A DNA stretch of 22,183 nt from a candidate division WOR-3 bacterium (GTDB lineage: Bacteria; Hydrothermota; Tepidihabitantia; SM23-42; JAOAFX01). A program made the position numbers and the translations under genes. Positions 1 to 7,830 of the stretch are shown one piece after another (the stretch's first letter is position 1; each line of letters starts with the position of its first letter). The notes under the pieces are model-generated. The model was not told the origin of the DNA. It did no database searches and was given only the letters and a program-made list of their open reading frames with translations. The stretch covers positions 1 to 22,183 of the forward strand of contig JBDRWI010000040.1 of the NCBI GenBank assembly GCA_039802265.1, written 5' to 3'.

Positions 1-36
1 CCCCAACCTTTATCCTCCCCCATCAAAGGGGGAGGA
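1..36. repeat. REP-like palindromic repeat, copy 1 (may extend beyond the window edge)
   Basis: Hairpin TCCTCCCCC-ATCAAA-GGGGGAGGA at 13-36 is the exact reverse complement of 7729-7752. The flank CCCCAACCTTTA is also similar to that copy. Confidence 0.8.
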
Positions 37-180
37 AGATGAAAATAAACCTCTTTTTGTTATCGTTGTCTCAATTGTAGCAAGCCAATCCATAAGAAAT
101 TCATCACAAAAGATTACCATTAAAATCACATGTTTCTGAACACCCACAAAATTATATCCTATATTTTATAACTGGACCAT

Positions 181-1182
181 TCAGTCGGTATGCGCCAGTA
201 TCTTTTTCAAATAGTCTATGCGCCTTACCGGCATCGGGTCAACCCCGGTTATCTCTGCTAAGAAATAACTGGTAAAATCACCAAGCATAATTGTCCAGAA
301 TAGTTGTGTAATCCGGTTTTTTCCTAAAGGGAAGACCTTGATTATCGCAGTACCTTCAATCTCTTTCTTTATTATCGTCTCTACTATCTTCAGGCGCAGT
401 CTATTTCGTGGATGGCAATTGGGGTCATCAAGAAGGATTATCAAGAGGTCTTTATTTAACTTTTTTGGTCTTCCCAGACCGACAATCTCATTATGATTCA
501 TCTCAGGGATTATATTGGTGTGGCATAATACCTTGGAATTCTCATTTAACTGACAGCGCCAGCGATTGGCAGCAACCAAAAAAGCCGAAGAGTTAGCATA
601 TATTACCGGCAACTTGCCAATTAGTTTTTTGGCAATTGCCCTTCCCCTCTTTTCTAAGTTATTTCTCTCTTTCTTGAGAAACCGAGAAAGGTGATATAGA
701 TTATTTACCGGGTTGTTTTTTAAAAATCCTGCCTGATGAAGATAAACGGGAATTGGTGTGAAGAGATAACCGAGTGCCCCGCGCGGTGGGAGCCCTCCTG
801 GAATTTGAATTTTCGCCACCGCCTCTCTCTCCAACAACTCACCGTCGGATGCGATTATTATTATCGGAACCCTTCTCGTTTTTAAGATGCGATAGTTGGT
901 GAGGGTCTCTTCAGTATTACCCGAATAGCTTATTAAAAATGCCAGGGTTCTTCTGCTATTATAATCGGGTATTGTATAATCTTTATTTACAATCAAATTA
1001 ATTTCCGGATAGAGCGCCGAAACAATCTCGCCACTTATACCTGAACCACCCATACCACAGATTAAGATGCGTTCAAGTTTCTTATCTGATACCGCACGAT
1101 GAAATTTGTGCCAATCAAAAGACTCCATCATCTTCAGTGTCCTTTCTATCTGGTCAGGCAGGGAATAGATAATCTCTCTCAT
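181..1182 (-). CDS. Bifunctional phosphoglucose/phosphomannose isomerase (SIS domain, archaeal-type PGI/PMI)
   Basis: Motifs GMGGSG, SYSGNTEET, PRGAL, RWRCQLNENSK, PEMNHNEI and a C-terminal GVDP..V.RID.LK; 333 aa. Confidence 0.9.
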   Translation of the reverse strand: MREIIYSLPDQIERTLKMMESFDWHKFHRAVSDKKLERILICGMGGSGISGEIVSALYPEINLIVNKDYTIPDYNSRRTLAFLISYSGNTEETLTNYRILKTRRVPIIIIASDGELLEREAVAKIQIPGGLPPRGALGYLFTPIPVYLHQAGFLKNNPVNNLYHLSRFLKKERNNLEKRGRAIAKKLIGKLPVIYANSSAFLVAANRWRCQLNENSKVLCHTNIIPEMNHNEIVGLGRPKKLNKDLLIILLDDPNCHPRNRLRLKIVETIIKKEIEGTAIIKVFPLGKNRITQLFWTIMLGDFTSYFLAEITGVDPMPVRRIDYLKKILAHTD

Positions 1183-1193
1183 TTCTTAATCGT

Positions 1194-2945
1194 CTATTTA
1201 ATTATCTCTTCAATCTTGGGGAATCTTTTGCGCACTGCCCGATGCAGGTATCTTTTTACCTCAAGTGCGGTCCGACAATTCAGCGCACCCTGGGCAATCT
1301 CCTGACACATAGGCAGGGTAGTGGTCCTTAAAACCATCTTTGCCTTAGGAATTGCCGACGGACTCATTGATAGTTCATCAATGCCCAGACCAACAAGCAG
1401 GGGTATTGCCATTGGGTCCGCGGCAAGCTCGCCACACAAGCCCACCCAGATATTACCATTATGACCGGCATCAATTACCTCTTTTATCAATCGGAGCACC
1501 GCGGGATGGAAGTGGTCAAATAACTGACTGATCCTTTCATTTCCCCGGTCAACTGCCAGTGTGTACTGGGTAAGGTCGTTTGAACCAATGCTGAAAAAGT
1601 CCACCTCCTGCGCAAGATATGGACTCAATAATGCAGCCGAAGGAGTCTCCACCATAATACCCACCTGTATCTCTTCATCGTATTCAACTCCTTTTGCTTT
1701 GAGTTCATTCTTTACTTCCTGGAGAATCAGTTTTATCCTCTTTACCTCCTCATAGGTCGCAACCATAGGAAACATAACCTTTATATTTTTATTTACAGAG
1801 GCACGCAGGATTGCCCTCAATTGTTCCTTAAAAAATTCTTTTTCTTCAAGGCAGACCCTTATCGCCCTCCAGCCTAAAAATGGATTTGCCTCATGGTAAT
1901 CGGTAAAAATCTTATCACCACCAAGGTCAAATGTGCGAATTATCACCGGTTGGGGTTTGATTACCCTTGCCAGGGCATTGTAAACCCGAAATTGCTCATC
2001 CTCAGAAGGACTTCCCCTCCGTGCCAGATATAAAAATTCGGTTCGGAAAAGACCAACCCCCCAGGCACCATACTTCTTGGCGTGTTCCGCCTCAGCGAAG
2101 AATTCAATATTTGCAGAAATATCAATATGTTTTCCATCCCTTGTCTCCGGGGGAAGTTCACAATAGGGCGTGAGCGCCTTTTCAATCTGGATGTTCTTTT
2201 TTTGCATTACCTCATAAAATTTAACCCGTCCCGGATTGGGATTGACAACCACAATCCCGCGGTTGCCATCAACAATTACCTTCTCTCCGGAATTGACCTT
2301 ATTCAAAAGCCCTTCAACACCGAGCACTGCAGGAATCTCAAGGGCGCGGGCGGTTATTGCGGTATGTGAGGTCCGACCCCCGAGTTCCATTGCAATTCCC
2401 AAAACATTCTTAGGGTTGATCAGCGTTGCCTCTGAAGGGGGCAGGTCATGGGCAATAATTATTGAGCCTGATGGTGCCTCAATCACCGAGGTGTGGGCAA
2501 GTCCGAGTAGATTTTTAAGCACCCTCTGTGCTACATCCCAGATATCTATTATCCTTTCTTTAAAATATGTGTTTGCACTTGCCTCAAGTCGCTGGGCATA
2601 TTCGCTGATAACCTGATGGTAGATATACTCGGCATTCTTCTTTTCACTGAATATCCTCTCCTTTACACTATCTATTATTGCCCGGTCCTCCAGCATCATT
2701 ATCTGGGCATCAAGGAATTGCCCAAAGTCTTCACCAATCTCCTGATTTATCCGTCTTTTGATTTCACTCAGTTCCTGTTTAGTTTCAAACAATGCCTTCT
2801 CAAATCTGCTGATTTCTTCCTTCAGGTAGACCGATAAAATCGGAGTCTGAAAGACCTGAACCTTCTTTGCCTCATACACAAAGACATCACCAATTCCAAT
2901 CCCCTTTGAGGCAGGTACACCCCTTAAAATCTTCTCCTTTGGCAT
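1194..2945 (-). CDS. ptsI: PTS enzyme I, phosphoenolpyruvate-protein phosphotransferase
   Basis: GGRTSHTAI (phospho-His), GLFRTEFLY, EANPFLGWRAIR, FSIGSNDLTQY, GLCGE; 583 aa. Confidence 0.97.
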   Translation of the reverse strand: MPKEKILRGVPASKGIGIGDVFVYEAKKVQVFQTPILSVYLKEEISRFEKALFETKQELSEIKRRINQEIGEDFGQFLDAQIMMLEDRAIIDSVKERIFSEKKNAEYIYHQVISEYAQRLEASANTYFKERIIDIWDVAQRVLKNLLGLAHTSVIEAPSGSIIIAHDLPPSEATLINPKNVLGIAMELGGRTSHTAITARALEIPAVLGVEGLLNKVNSGEKVIVDGNRGIVVVNPNPGRVKFYEVMQKKNIQIEKALTPYCELPPETRDGKHIDISANIEFFAEAEHAKKYGAWGVGLFRTEFLYLARRGSPSEDEQFRVYNALARVIKPQPVIIRTFDLGGDKIFTDYHEANPFLGWRAIRVCLEEKEFFKEQLRAILRASVNKNIKVMFPMVATYEEVKRIKLILQEVKNELKAKGVEYDEEIQVGIMVETPSAALLSPYLAQEVDFFSIGSNDLTQYTLAVDRGNERISQLFDHFHPAVLRLIKEVIDAGHNGNIWVGLCGELAADPMAIPLLVGLGIDELSMSPSAIPKAKMVLRTTTLPMCQEIAQGALNCRTALEVKRYLHRAVRKRFPKIEEIIK

Positions 2946-3202
2946 CAGTCCTGTCCCTCTAATATCTTTCTTAAGGCGTTAAATGCCTCCTTCTCATCCT
3001 TGCCGTTGCAGACCATCGTCACCTTACTACCCTTTTCACAGGCAAGGGTAAGAATTCCCATAATTGACTTACCACTTACCTTAATTCCGTCCTTAATAAG
3101 TTCAACATTACAGCTGAACCTTTCGGCAAGTTTAACAAAACGGGAGGCAGGTAAGGCATGCAGACCATTTTCATTCAGTATTGTTAATGTCTCTTTAATC
3201 AT
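2945..3202 (-). CDS. ptsH: Phosphocarrier protein HPr
   Basis: 85 aa, GLH15ALPA and the GKSIMGI Ser46-type motif; directly upstream of EI. Confidence 0.95.
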   Translation of the reverse strand: MIKETLTILNENGLHALPASRFVKLAERFSCNVELIKDGIKVSGKSIMGILTLACEKGSKVTMVCNGKDEKEAFNALRKILEGQD

Positions 3203-3891
3203 AGGGATACCAAGGCAATAATTATTATCAAAAGAAAGATGATTGTCAAGATTAAAATCGGTGGTAGTCGTTTAAAAAGCAAGATGAGGAAAATTAGCGT
3301 CAAAGGAATAAAGATGAGGGATTTCGGGTCTTTAATCAAGATAATGGGTAAAATCCCGGCTCCGATTGCACCAATTATTTCAAAAACCCTTGTCCAATTA
3401 CCAATCTGCTGCCTCAGATGAAAAGTAATATCAAACCCCTTATTATAGCCCTCTATAAATCCGATAATCCGATAATAAAAATGGATGATATTGTAAAGGA
3501 CCAGGAATAACACCGGTCCAATAATGCCAAATCTTATACCCAAAATTACCGCGATTATAAGTAAGGCTGGTCTGATTGTCTGCCAGAACAGTGTATCTCC
3601 AAAGGAGGCAAGTGTGGTTTGACTCACAGTTATGAACTTCTTTATCTGCTCCGGAGATTCTTTCGAATCATAGGCACGCAATACTGCACCAATAATATAT
3701 CCGGACATATAGGGATGGGTGTTAAAATATCCCTTGTGGATATGGATTATTTCCTTTCTCTTCTCTTTGGCAAATCCAAAGTAGAGATTGAAAAGGAATC
3801 CAAGCCCCTGCATCCAGTAGAATGACCAGGATGTCTGAATGAAGAGATTGGCAAATAATATCTTCAAAAAGCGAAAAAGACCAAGCTGCAT
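3199..3891 (-). CDS. PTS mannose/fructose/sorbose family IID component
   Basis: IQTSWSF..MQGLGF, YFNTHPY, LASFGDTLFW.TIRP; hydrophobic C-terminus. Confidence 0.9.
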   Translation of the reverse strand: MQLGLFRFLKILFANLFIQTSWSFYWMQGLGFLFNLYFGFAKEKRKEIIHIHKGYFNTHPYMSGYIIGAVLRAYDSKESPEQIKKFITVSQTTLASFGDTLFWQTIRPALLIIAVILGIRFGIIGPVLFLVLYNIIHFYYRIIGFIEGYNKGFDITFHLRQQIGNWTRVFEIIGAIGAGILPIILIKDPKSLIFIPLTLIFLILLFKRLPPILILTIIFLLIIIIALVSL

Positions 3892-4508
3892 ATCAGTCCC
3901 AGAATTAAATAAAACAAATTTTTCTTTTTCATAAATAGAAAAATACCATTTGCCATTCCTATGCTTGCTACCAGTACTATAAATAGTTCCCGGTTAAAGG
4001 TCGTGAATTCATACCGAATGTGAATCAGCGATGCAGTCAAAAAAACTGGAAGGAGTAATATTATGCCACGCAGGTATGAGGATAAAATTCCGGACAGGTG
4101 GTAGAGAATGAGATTTTCTTCATTACGCATAAATCTATAAAAAAGTTTTTCATTCTGCTCTCTCACCCATATCTCAAGGGCAATTCCATAAACACCCGCC
4201 AGAAGCCCAAGAATAACAGCAATAAAAAATGCTGTCTGGGGACCATTTGAACCAAGCAGGATAAAATAGGCACCACATCCGGCAATACCGGCACCTTGCG
4301 TATCGGGCGGAATATCCCGGCCGATTGGTAGTCCGGCAAGAAATATTAGCTGAAAAGCAGAACCAAGTAATATCCCGGCCCTTATATCACCAAAGATTGC
4401 TCCCAAAATTGTTCCGGAAATTATTGGCTGGGAAATACCAAATTCTCCAATTGCATATTTATCAAGGAGAAGCAAAGCGCCTAAAAGAGCAAGGGTAATA
4501 ATCAACAT
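3864..4508 (-). CDS. PTS mannose/fructose/sorbose family IIC component
   Basis: LD...SQPIISG..LG..FGD...G...G...QL......PIG..IPPD motif; membrane protein; precedes IID. Confidence 0.88.
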   Translation of the reverse strand: MLIITLALLGALLLLDKYAIGEFGISQPIISGTILGAIFGDIRAGILLGSAFQLIFLAGLPIGRDIPPDTQGAGIAGCGAYFILLGSNGPQTAFFIAVILGLLAGVYGIALEIWVREQNEKLFYRFMRNEENLILYHLSGILSSYLRGIILLLPVFLTASLIHIRYEFTTFNRELFIVLVASIGMANGIFLFMKKKNLFYLILGLICSLVFFAF

Positions 4509-4514
4509 CCTGTA

Positions 4515-4542
4515 AGTATAAAGATTATCGTATCTTTGTCAA
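4515..4542 (-). promoter_or_regulatory. Sigma70-type promoter of the PTS operon
   Basis: TTGACA (4542-4537), 16-nt spacer, TATACT (4520-4515); ATG follows after 6 nt. Confidence 0.75.
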
Positions 4543-4683
4543 CTAATTGGTAAATTCCCCTTTATCGTTATCTATAAACCACCAAACGGAATCCGACTTC
4601 CATGACCGCGGCGCATTTTGCCGCCACAGGCCGCCGGACGAATCTTTTTCTCCGGGCTTTAATTTTCCGTTATTATATGGTAC

Positions 4684-5628
4684 TTACTTTCCGATCTGTA
4701 ATAGTGGGATAAAATTCCTATCATAAGGTGCAATCACCACTGTATTATTGGGAGATGTGTAAAGATGCTGAAGATTTTCAAGATATTTCCAGGAAAGGTA
4801 TGCCCGACCCCGGTCGCCAATAAGTGACTGGGCGATAATCTGCTGTGCCTCAGAGATTCCGCTTGCCTCTATCTTCTTGCGCTCCGCCTCTTTCTTTTCT
4901 TTTAATAATACAAATTCCATCTTCTGTGCCTCCTGTTCTGCCTCAAGTTTTGCCTCAATTGCATTCTTTACCTTTACCGGGAGGCTGATATTGCGTAAAA
5001 GGACTTTTTCAAGGACGATGCCACGCTTACCGAAGTCCTCAGCAAGTTGTTTCTCAATCTCATCTTCAAGCTCTTTTCGCTTTTCGGCATATATCTCAAT
5101 TGCCTGATAATTTGAGGTTGTATTTCTTATTGCAGTTCTTGCGGCGGGACGAACAATCTTCTCTATATAATCCGGTCCAATCTTCTGGAATACAACCGCG
5201 GCCTCTTCCGGATTCAGGTGGTACCACACGGTCAGATCCATCTTTACCTCAAGACCGTCCTTGGTCAATGCGGTAATTGCATCATCCCCCTTTACCTGTC
5301 CTTCCTCATAGGCAATGGACATTGTATAAGCCTGGGTCCGGATACTCATTATATGCAGGTCAACAAAGGGATTTACAATATTCAAACCCTCATAAAGGGT
5401 TGCCTTTGTTAAGACCCTGCCAAAGAGAATTTGCACGCCAACCGAACCCGGTGGTACAATCCTCAATAGGGAGAAGAAGATTAGAAGGGCGCCAATAATA
5501 CCTGCGCCGTAGCTCACATATCTCCTGATACGCAGTTTCTCATCAATGCGTCGGTCCTCATGAGTCACCTGATATAATGCCCGAAAAACAAAAAGACCGA
5601 TGATGAGCAACAAGCCAAGAATGAACAT
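4684..5628 (-). CDS. SPFH/prohibitin family membrane protein
   Basis: Two N-terminal TM segments, VPPGSVGV..FG, TKDGLEV.MDLTV.Y, AIEAKLEAEQEAQK coiled coil, EAERKKIEA.G; SD AAGGAGGT upstream. Confidence 0.93.
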   Translation of the reverse strand: MFILGLLLIIGLFVFRALYQVTHEDRRIDEKLRIRRYVSYGAGIIGALLIFFSLLRIVPPGSVGVQILFGRVLTKATLYEGLNIVNPFVDLHIMSIRTQAYTMSIAYEEGQVKGDDAITALTKDGLEVKMDLTVWYHLNPEEAAVVFQKIGPDYIEKIVRPAARTAIRNTTSNYQAIEIYAEKRKELEDEIEKQLAEDFGKRGIVLEKVLLRNISLPVKVKNAIEAKLEAEQEAQKMEFVLLKEKKEAERKKIEASGISEAQQIIAQSLIGDRGRAYLSWKYLENLQHLYTSPNNTVVIAPYDRNFIPLLQIGK

Positions 5629-5670
5629 AAGACCTCCTTGGATATATCAAATAAAAGGGTAAGATGGCTC

Positions 5671-5911
5671 AAAAAGGGCTTAAGAAGTGAGGGATGGCAT
5701 AAATGGCAAGAAGACATAAATGGTAATCACTAATACCGGTAAGAAAGAAATTGGCTATCGGTTTCGGTTTAGAAATGCGATAGGGTTTAGTTATGGGACT
5801 TGGTAACCAACAAACGACAACCAATGGACTAATCTCGTTTCCAAACCAAAACCTAAACCGTTTATCATATCTTGCCATATTGGGCCCTGTTTAGCCTTCT
5901 ATCCTTTTTTT
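5671..5911. ncRNA. Candidate ~240-nt fold-back structured RNA or element (unassigned)
   Basis: Six nested complementary blocks, from 5671-5677/5903-5909 inward to 5760-5781/5832-5853; promoter-like motifs point in from both sides. Confidence 0.45.
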
Positions 5912-5931
5912 ACTTTACTATAAGTCTTTTA

Positions 5932-5959
5932 ATTATATCCCAATGCAAATAAATATCAA
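5932..5959 (-). promoter_or_regulatory. Sigma70-type promoter firing toward the fold-back element and the SPFH gene
   Basis: TTGATA (5959-5954), 16-nt spacer, TATAAT (5937-5932). Confidence 0.65.
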
Positions 5960-5974
5960 GCATCTGTTATCTTG

Positions 5975-6027
5975 TTGTATTGGAATTTAAAAAATTCCAA
6001 TACAAGAATAATGAAAATTTTCATTAT
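5975..6027. promoter_or_regulatory. Two adjacent perfect palindromes, putative operators
   Basis: TTGTATTGGAATTT-aaa-AAATTCCAATACAA (5975-6005) and ATAATGAAAATTTTCATTAT (6008-6027). Confidence 0.5.
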
Positions 6028-6042
6028 AGAAAAGAATATGGA

Positions 6043-6138
6043 CAAGATACATCTGGAATTTCTGATAGTTGCTGGGAAGCACAACTTTAAGATGGAGCGT
6101 CTCTGGGGGTTTCAGGGGTTCTCCCCTGATGTATCTTG
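6043..6138. repeat. 96-bp element bounded by 11-bp inverted repeats with internal hairpins (MITE/REP-like or small structured RNA)
   Basis: CAAGATACATC (6043-6053) / GATGTATCTTG (6128-6138); internal TCAGGGG-TTCT-CCCCTGA. Confidence 0.4.
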
Positions 6139-6170
6139 AAAATCTTTAATAAATTTTTAAATGCCTGAAC

Positions 6171-6198
6171 TTGCATTTTCCACTATGTTAAATATACT
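6171..6198 (+). promoter_or_regulatory. Sigma70-type promoter of the ECF sigma gene
   Basis: TTGCAT, 16-nt spacer, TATACT; ATG follows after 6 nt; no SD. Confidence 0.55.
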
Positions 6199-6204
6199 TG
6201 TCAA

Positions 6205-6726
6205 ATGTCTGAGGAGAGAGAATTAATTGAGGGTGCAATAAATGGTGAAGAAAAAGCGTGCGAAAAGATTTTGAACCTTTATAAAGGCAGGATATTTAGT
6301 TATATCCTGCGAATGACAAAAAATTATGATGACGCCGAAGAACTGACATTTGAGACATTTATTAAATTTTTTAAAACAATAAAATCATATGACCAATCAA
6401 AACCCTTATCTTCCTGGTTATTCAGCATTGCCCACAATCTTGTTATTGATTTTTTTAGAAAAAATAAAATTGAATATGAATACCTTGATGAGCATTATGT
6501 AATTGCACCAGATTATATTGAAAAAGAGAAAAAATTGAGGGCGATTGAAAGGGCATTGGGTAATCTTGCACCAATTGACCGTGAGATTGTGCTTTTCTTT
6601 CATAAAGAAGAAAAATCTTATCAAGAAATAAGCGAAATTATGAAACTCCCCATCTCCACAATCAAAACTCGCCTGCATCGGGCAAGGAAAAAACTGAGAA
6701 AAATTATGAGTGCAAACCCTATTTGA
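6205..6726 (+). CDS. ECF-family RNA polymerase sigma factor (sigma-70 group 4)
   Basis: Region 2 DAEELTFETFIK...SSWLFSIAHN..ID..RK and region 4 SYQEISEIMKLPISTIKTRLHRARKKL; 173 aa. Confidence 0.95.
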   Translation: MSEERELIEGAINGEEKACEKILNLYKGRIFSYILRMTKNYDDAEELTFETFIKFFKTIKSYDQSKPLSSWLFSIAHNLVIDFFRKNKIEYEYLDEHYVIAPDYIEKEKKLRAIERALGNLAPIDREIVLFFHKEEKSYQEISEIMKLPISTIKTRLHRARKKLRKIMSANPI

Positions 6727-6777
6727 CTTTCACCACCTGCTTATAATATGAGACTCATTATATAGTATATGAATTTT

Positions 6778-7707
6778 TCAATGCAACACAATCAAACCAC
6801 GGGAGGTATGATAGTTATTCGTTCTTAGCACAACAAAATAGGTCCCATTAGCAAGTCCAGAGGCATCAAGGTTTACTGTATGCACACCAGCTGATTTATC
6901 CCCAGCAATAAGGGTTTTTACCAGACGACCATCAGCACTGTGGAGTTTGAGAGAGATGTTGCCTGACACCGGTAGGGCATACGAGATAGCCGAATGATTG
7001 ACAACCGGATTAGGGGTGATATTAAGAGCAAGTTTCTCTGGTGTCTCGGTATTGTTTTCCTTAATACCCGGGAGGACCGGATTATAGCCAACATACCAGC
7101 GGGCAAAAAAGTTATACCGCCAGAGACAGTAATATCATAATACAGGTCAAGCATCGGGTCGCTTATTGAGGAACCAAAGACATAGAAGAATCTGACAAGA
7201 TTTGGATCCAATCTCTTGGAAATCTGCCAGAGACAATTATTATGGTCGGTAATGCTTCCGGTGAGATTCTGCGGGGTATGCCAGGATGTGCCATTATCAG
7301 TTGAATAGTTATAGTAAATATCCCAGATGGTATATTGACCAGTGTCACTGCGCACAATACCAAACAATGCCACAACATAATTACCACCAGCCGCAATTGT
7401 CGGATAGAAATTATAGACATTGGTTCCAGATTGGCCAACATCTATACAGTCGGCACCAGAGGCAATAGAGACATAGACCTTGCTCCGAAAAGGATAATTA
7501 GGATCATTACCATCCCAGTTATCAAAGACAAGAATTGGATTGCCAGCATCGGTGACCACAGTCTGCATCCAGCCAATGATATTACTTGGATACGGATTGG
7601 GCCAGTTTATAACCCAGGTAAAAGGACCGTTCCAATTTATTCCATCGGTTGTGGTTTTGTAATAGACATTCATAAGGGGATCATAATAGAAGACATAGGC
7701 AATCCCA
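6778..7707 (-). pseudogene. 5'-truncated, frameshifted secreted protein with Asp-box-like motifs and a T9SS-type-A-like C-terminal domain
   Basis: The frame is open from the IS boundary (GIAYVFYYDPLMNV...). It has TTTDGINW and STDNGTSW motifs and a frameshift at or near the T6 run (7105-7110). The shifted frame gives ARWYVGYNPVLPGIKE...ITPNP...YALP...DGRLVKTL...GTYFVVL...LIVLH*. Confidence 0.85.
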
Positions 7708-7728
7708 CTGAGTACTCCTCACTTTTTC

Positions 7729-7767
7729 TCCTCCCCCTTTGATGGGGGAGGATTAAGGTGGGGGTGA
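7729..7767. repeat. REP-like palindromic repeat, copy 2, inside the IS left end
   Basis: TCCTCCCCC-TTTGAT-GGGGGAGGA-TTAAGGTGGGGGTGA; inverted copy of 1-36. Confidence 0.8.
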
Positions 7768-7830
7768 TAAAGATGGATTTCTCTCTTGATTCTTTTTCAA
7801 TTTATTTTAAAATCATGGCGGAGGCTTATA

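Noticed and set aside
5703..5878. Retron or DGR call for the fold-back element
   Set aside because: No reverse transcriptase in the window and no template/variable repeat pair seen; kept only as an analogy.
6723..6747. TTGACT...TATAAT after the ECF gene
   Set aside because: The spacer is only 13 nt and it would fire antisense into the pseudogene.
7786..7830. Longer TTG start for the transposase
   Set aside because: It overlaps the promoter-like motif, and the SD supports ATG 7831.
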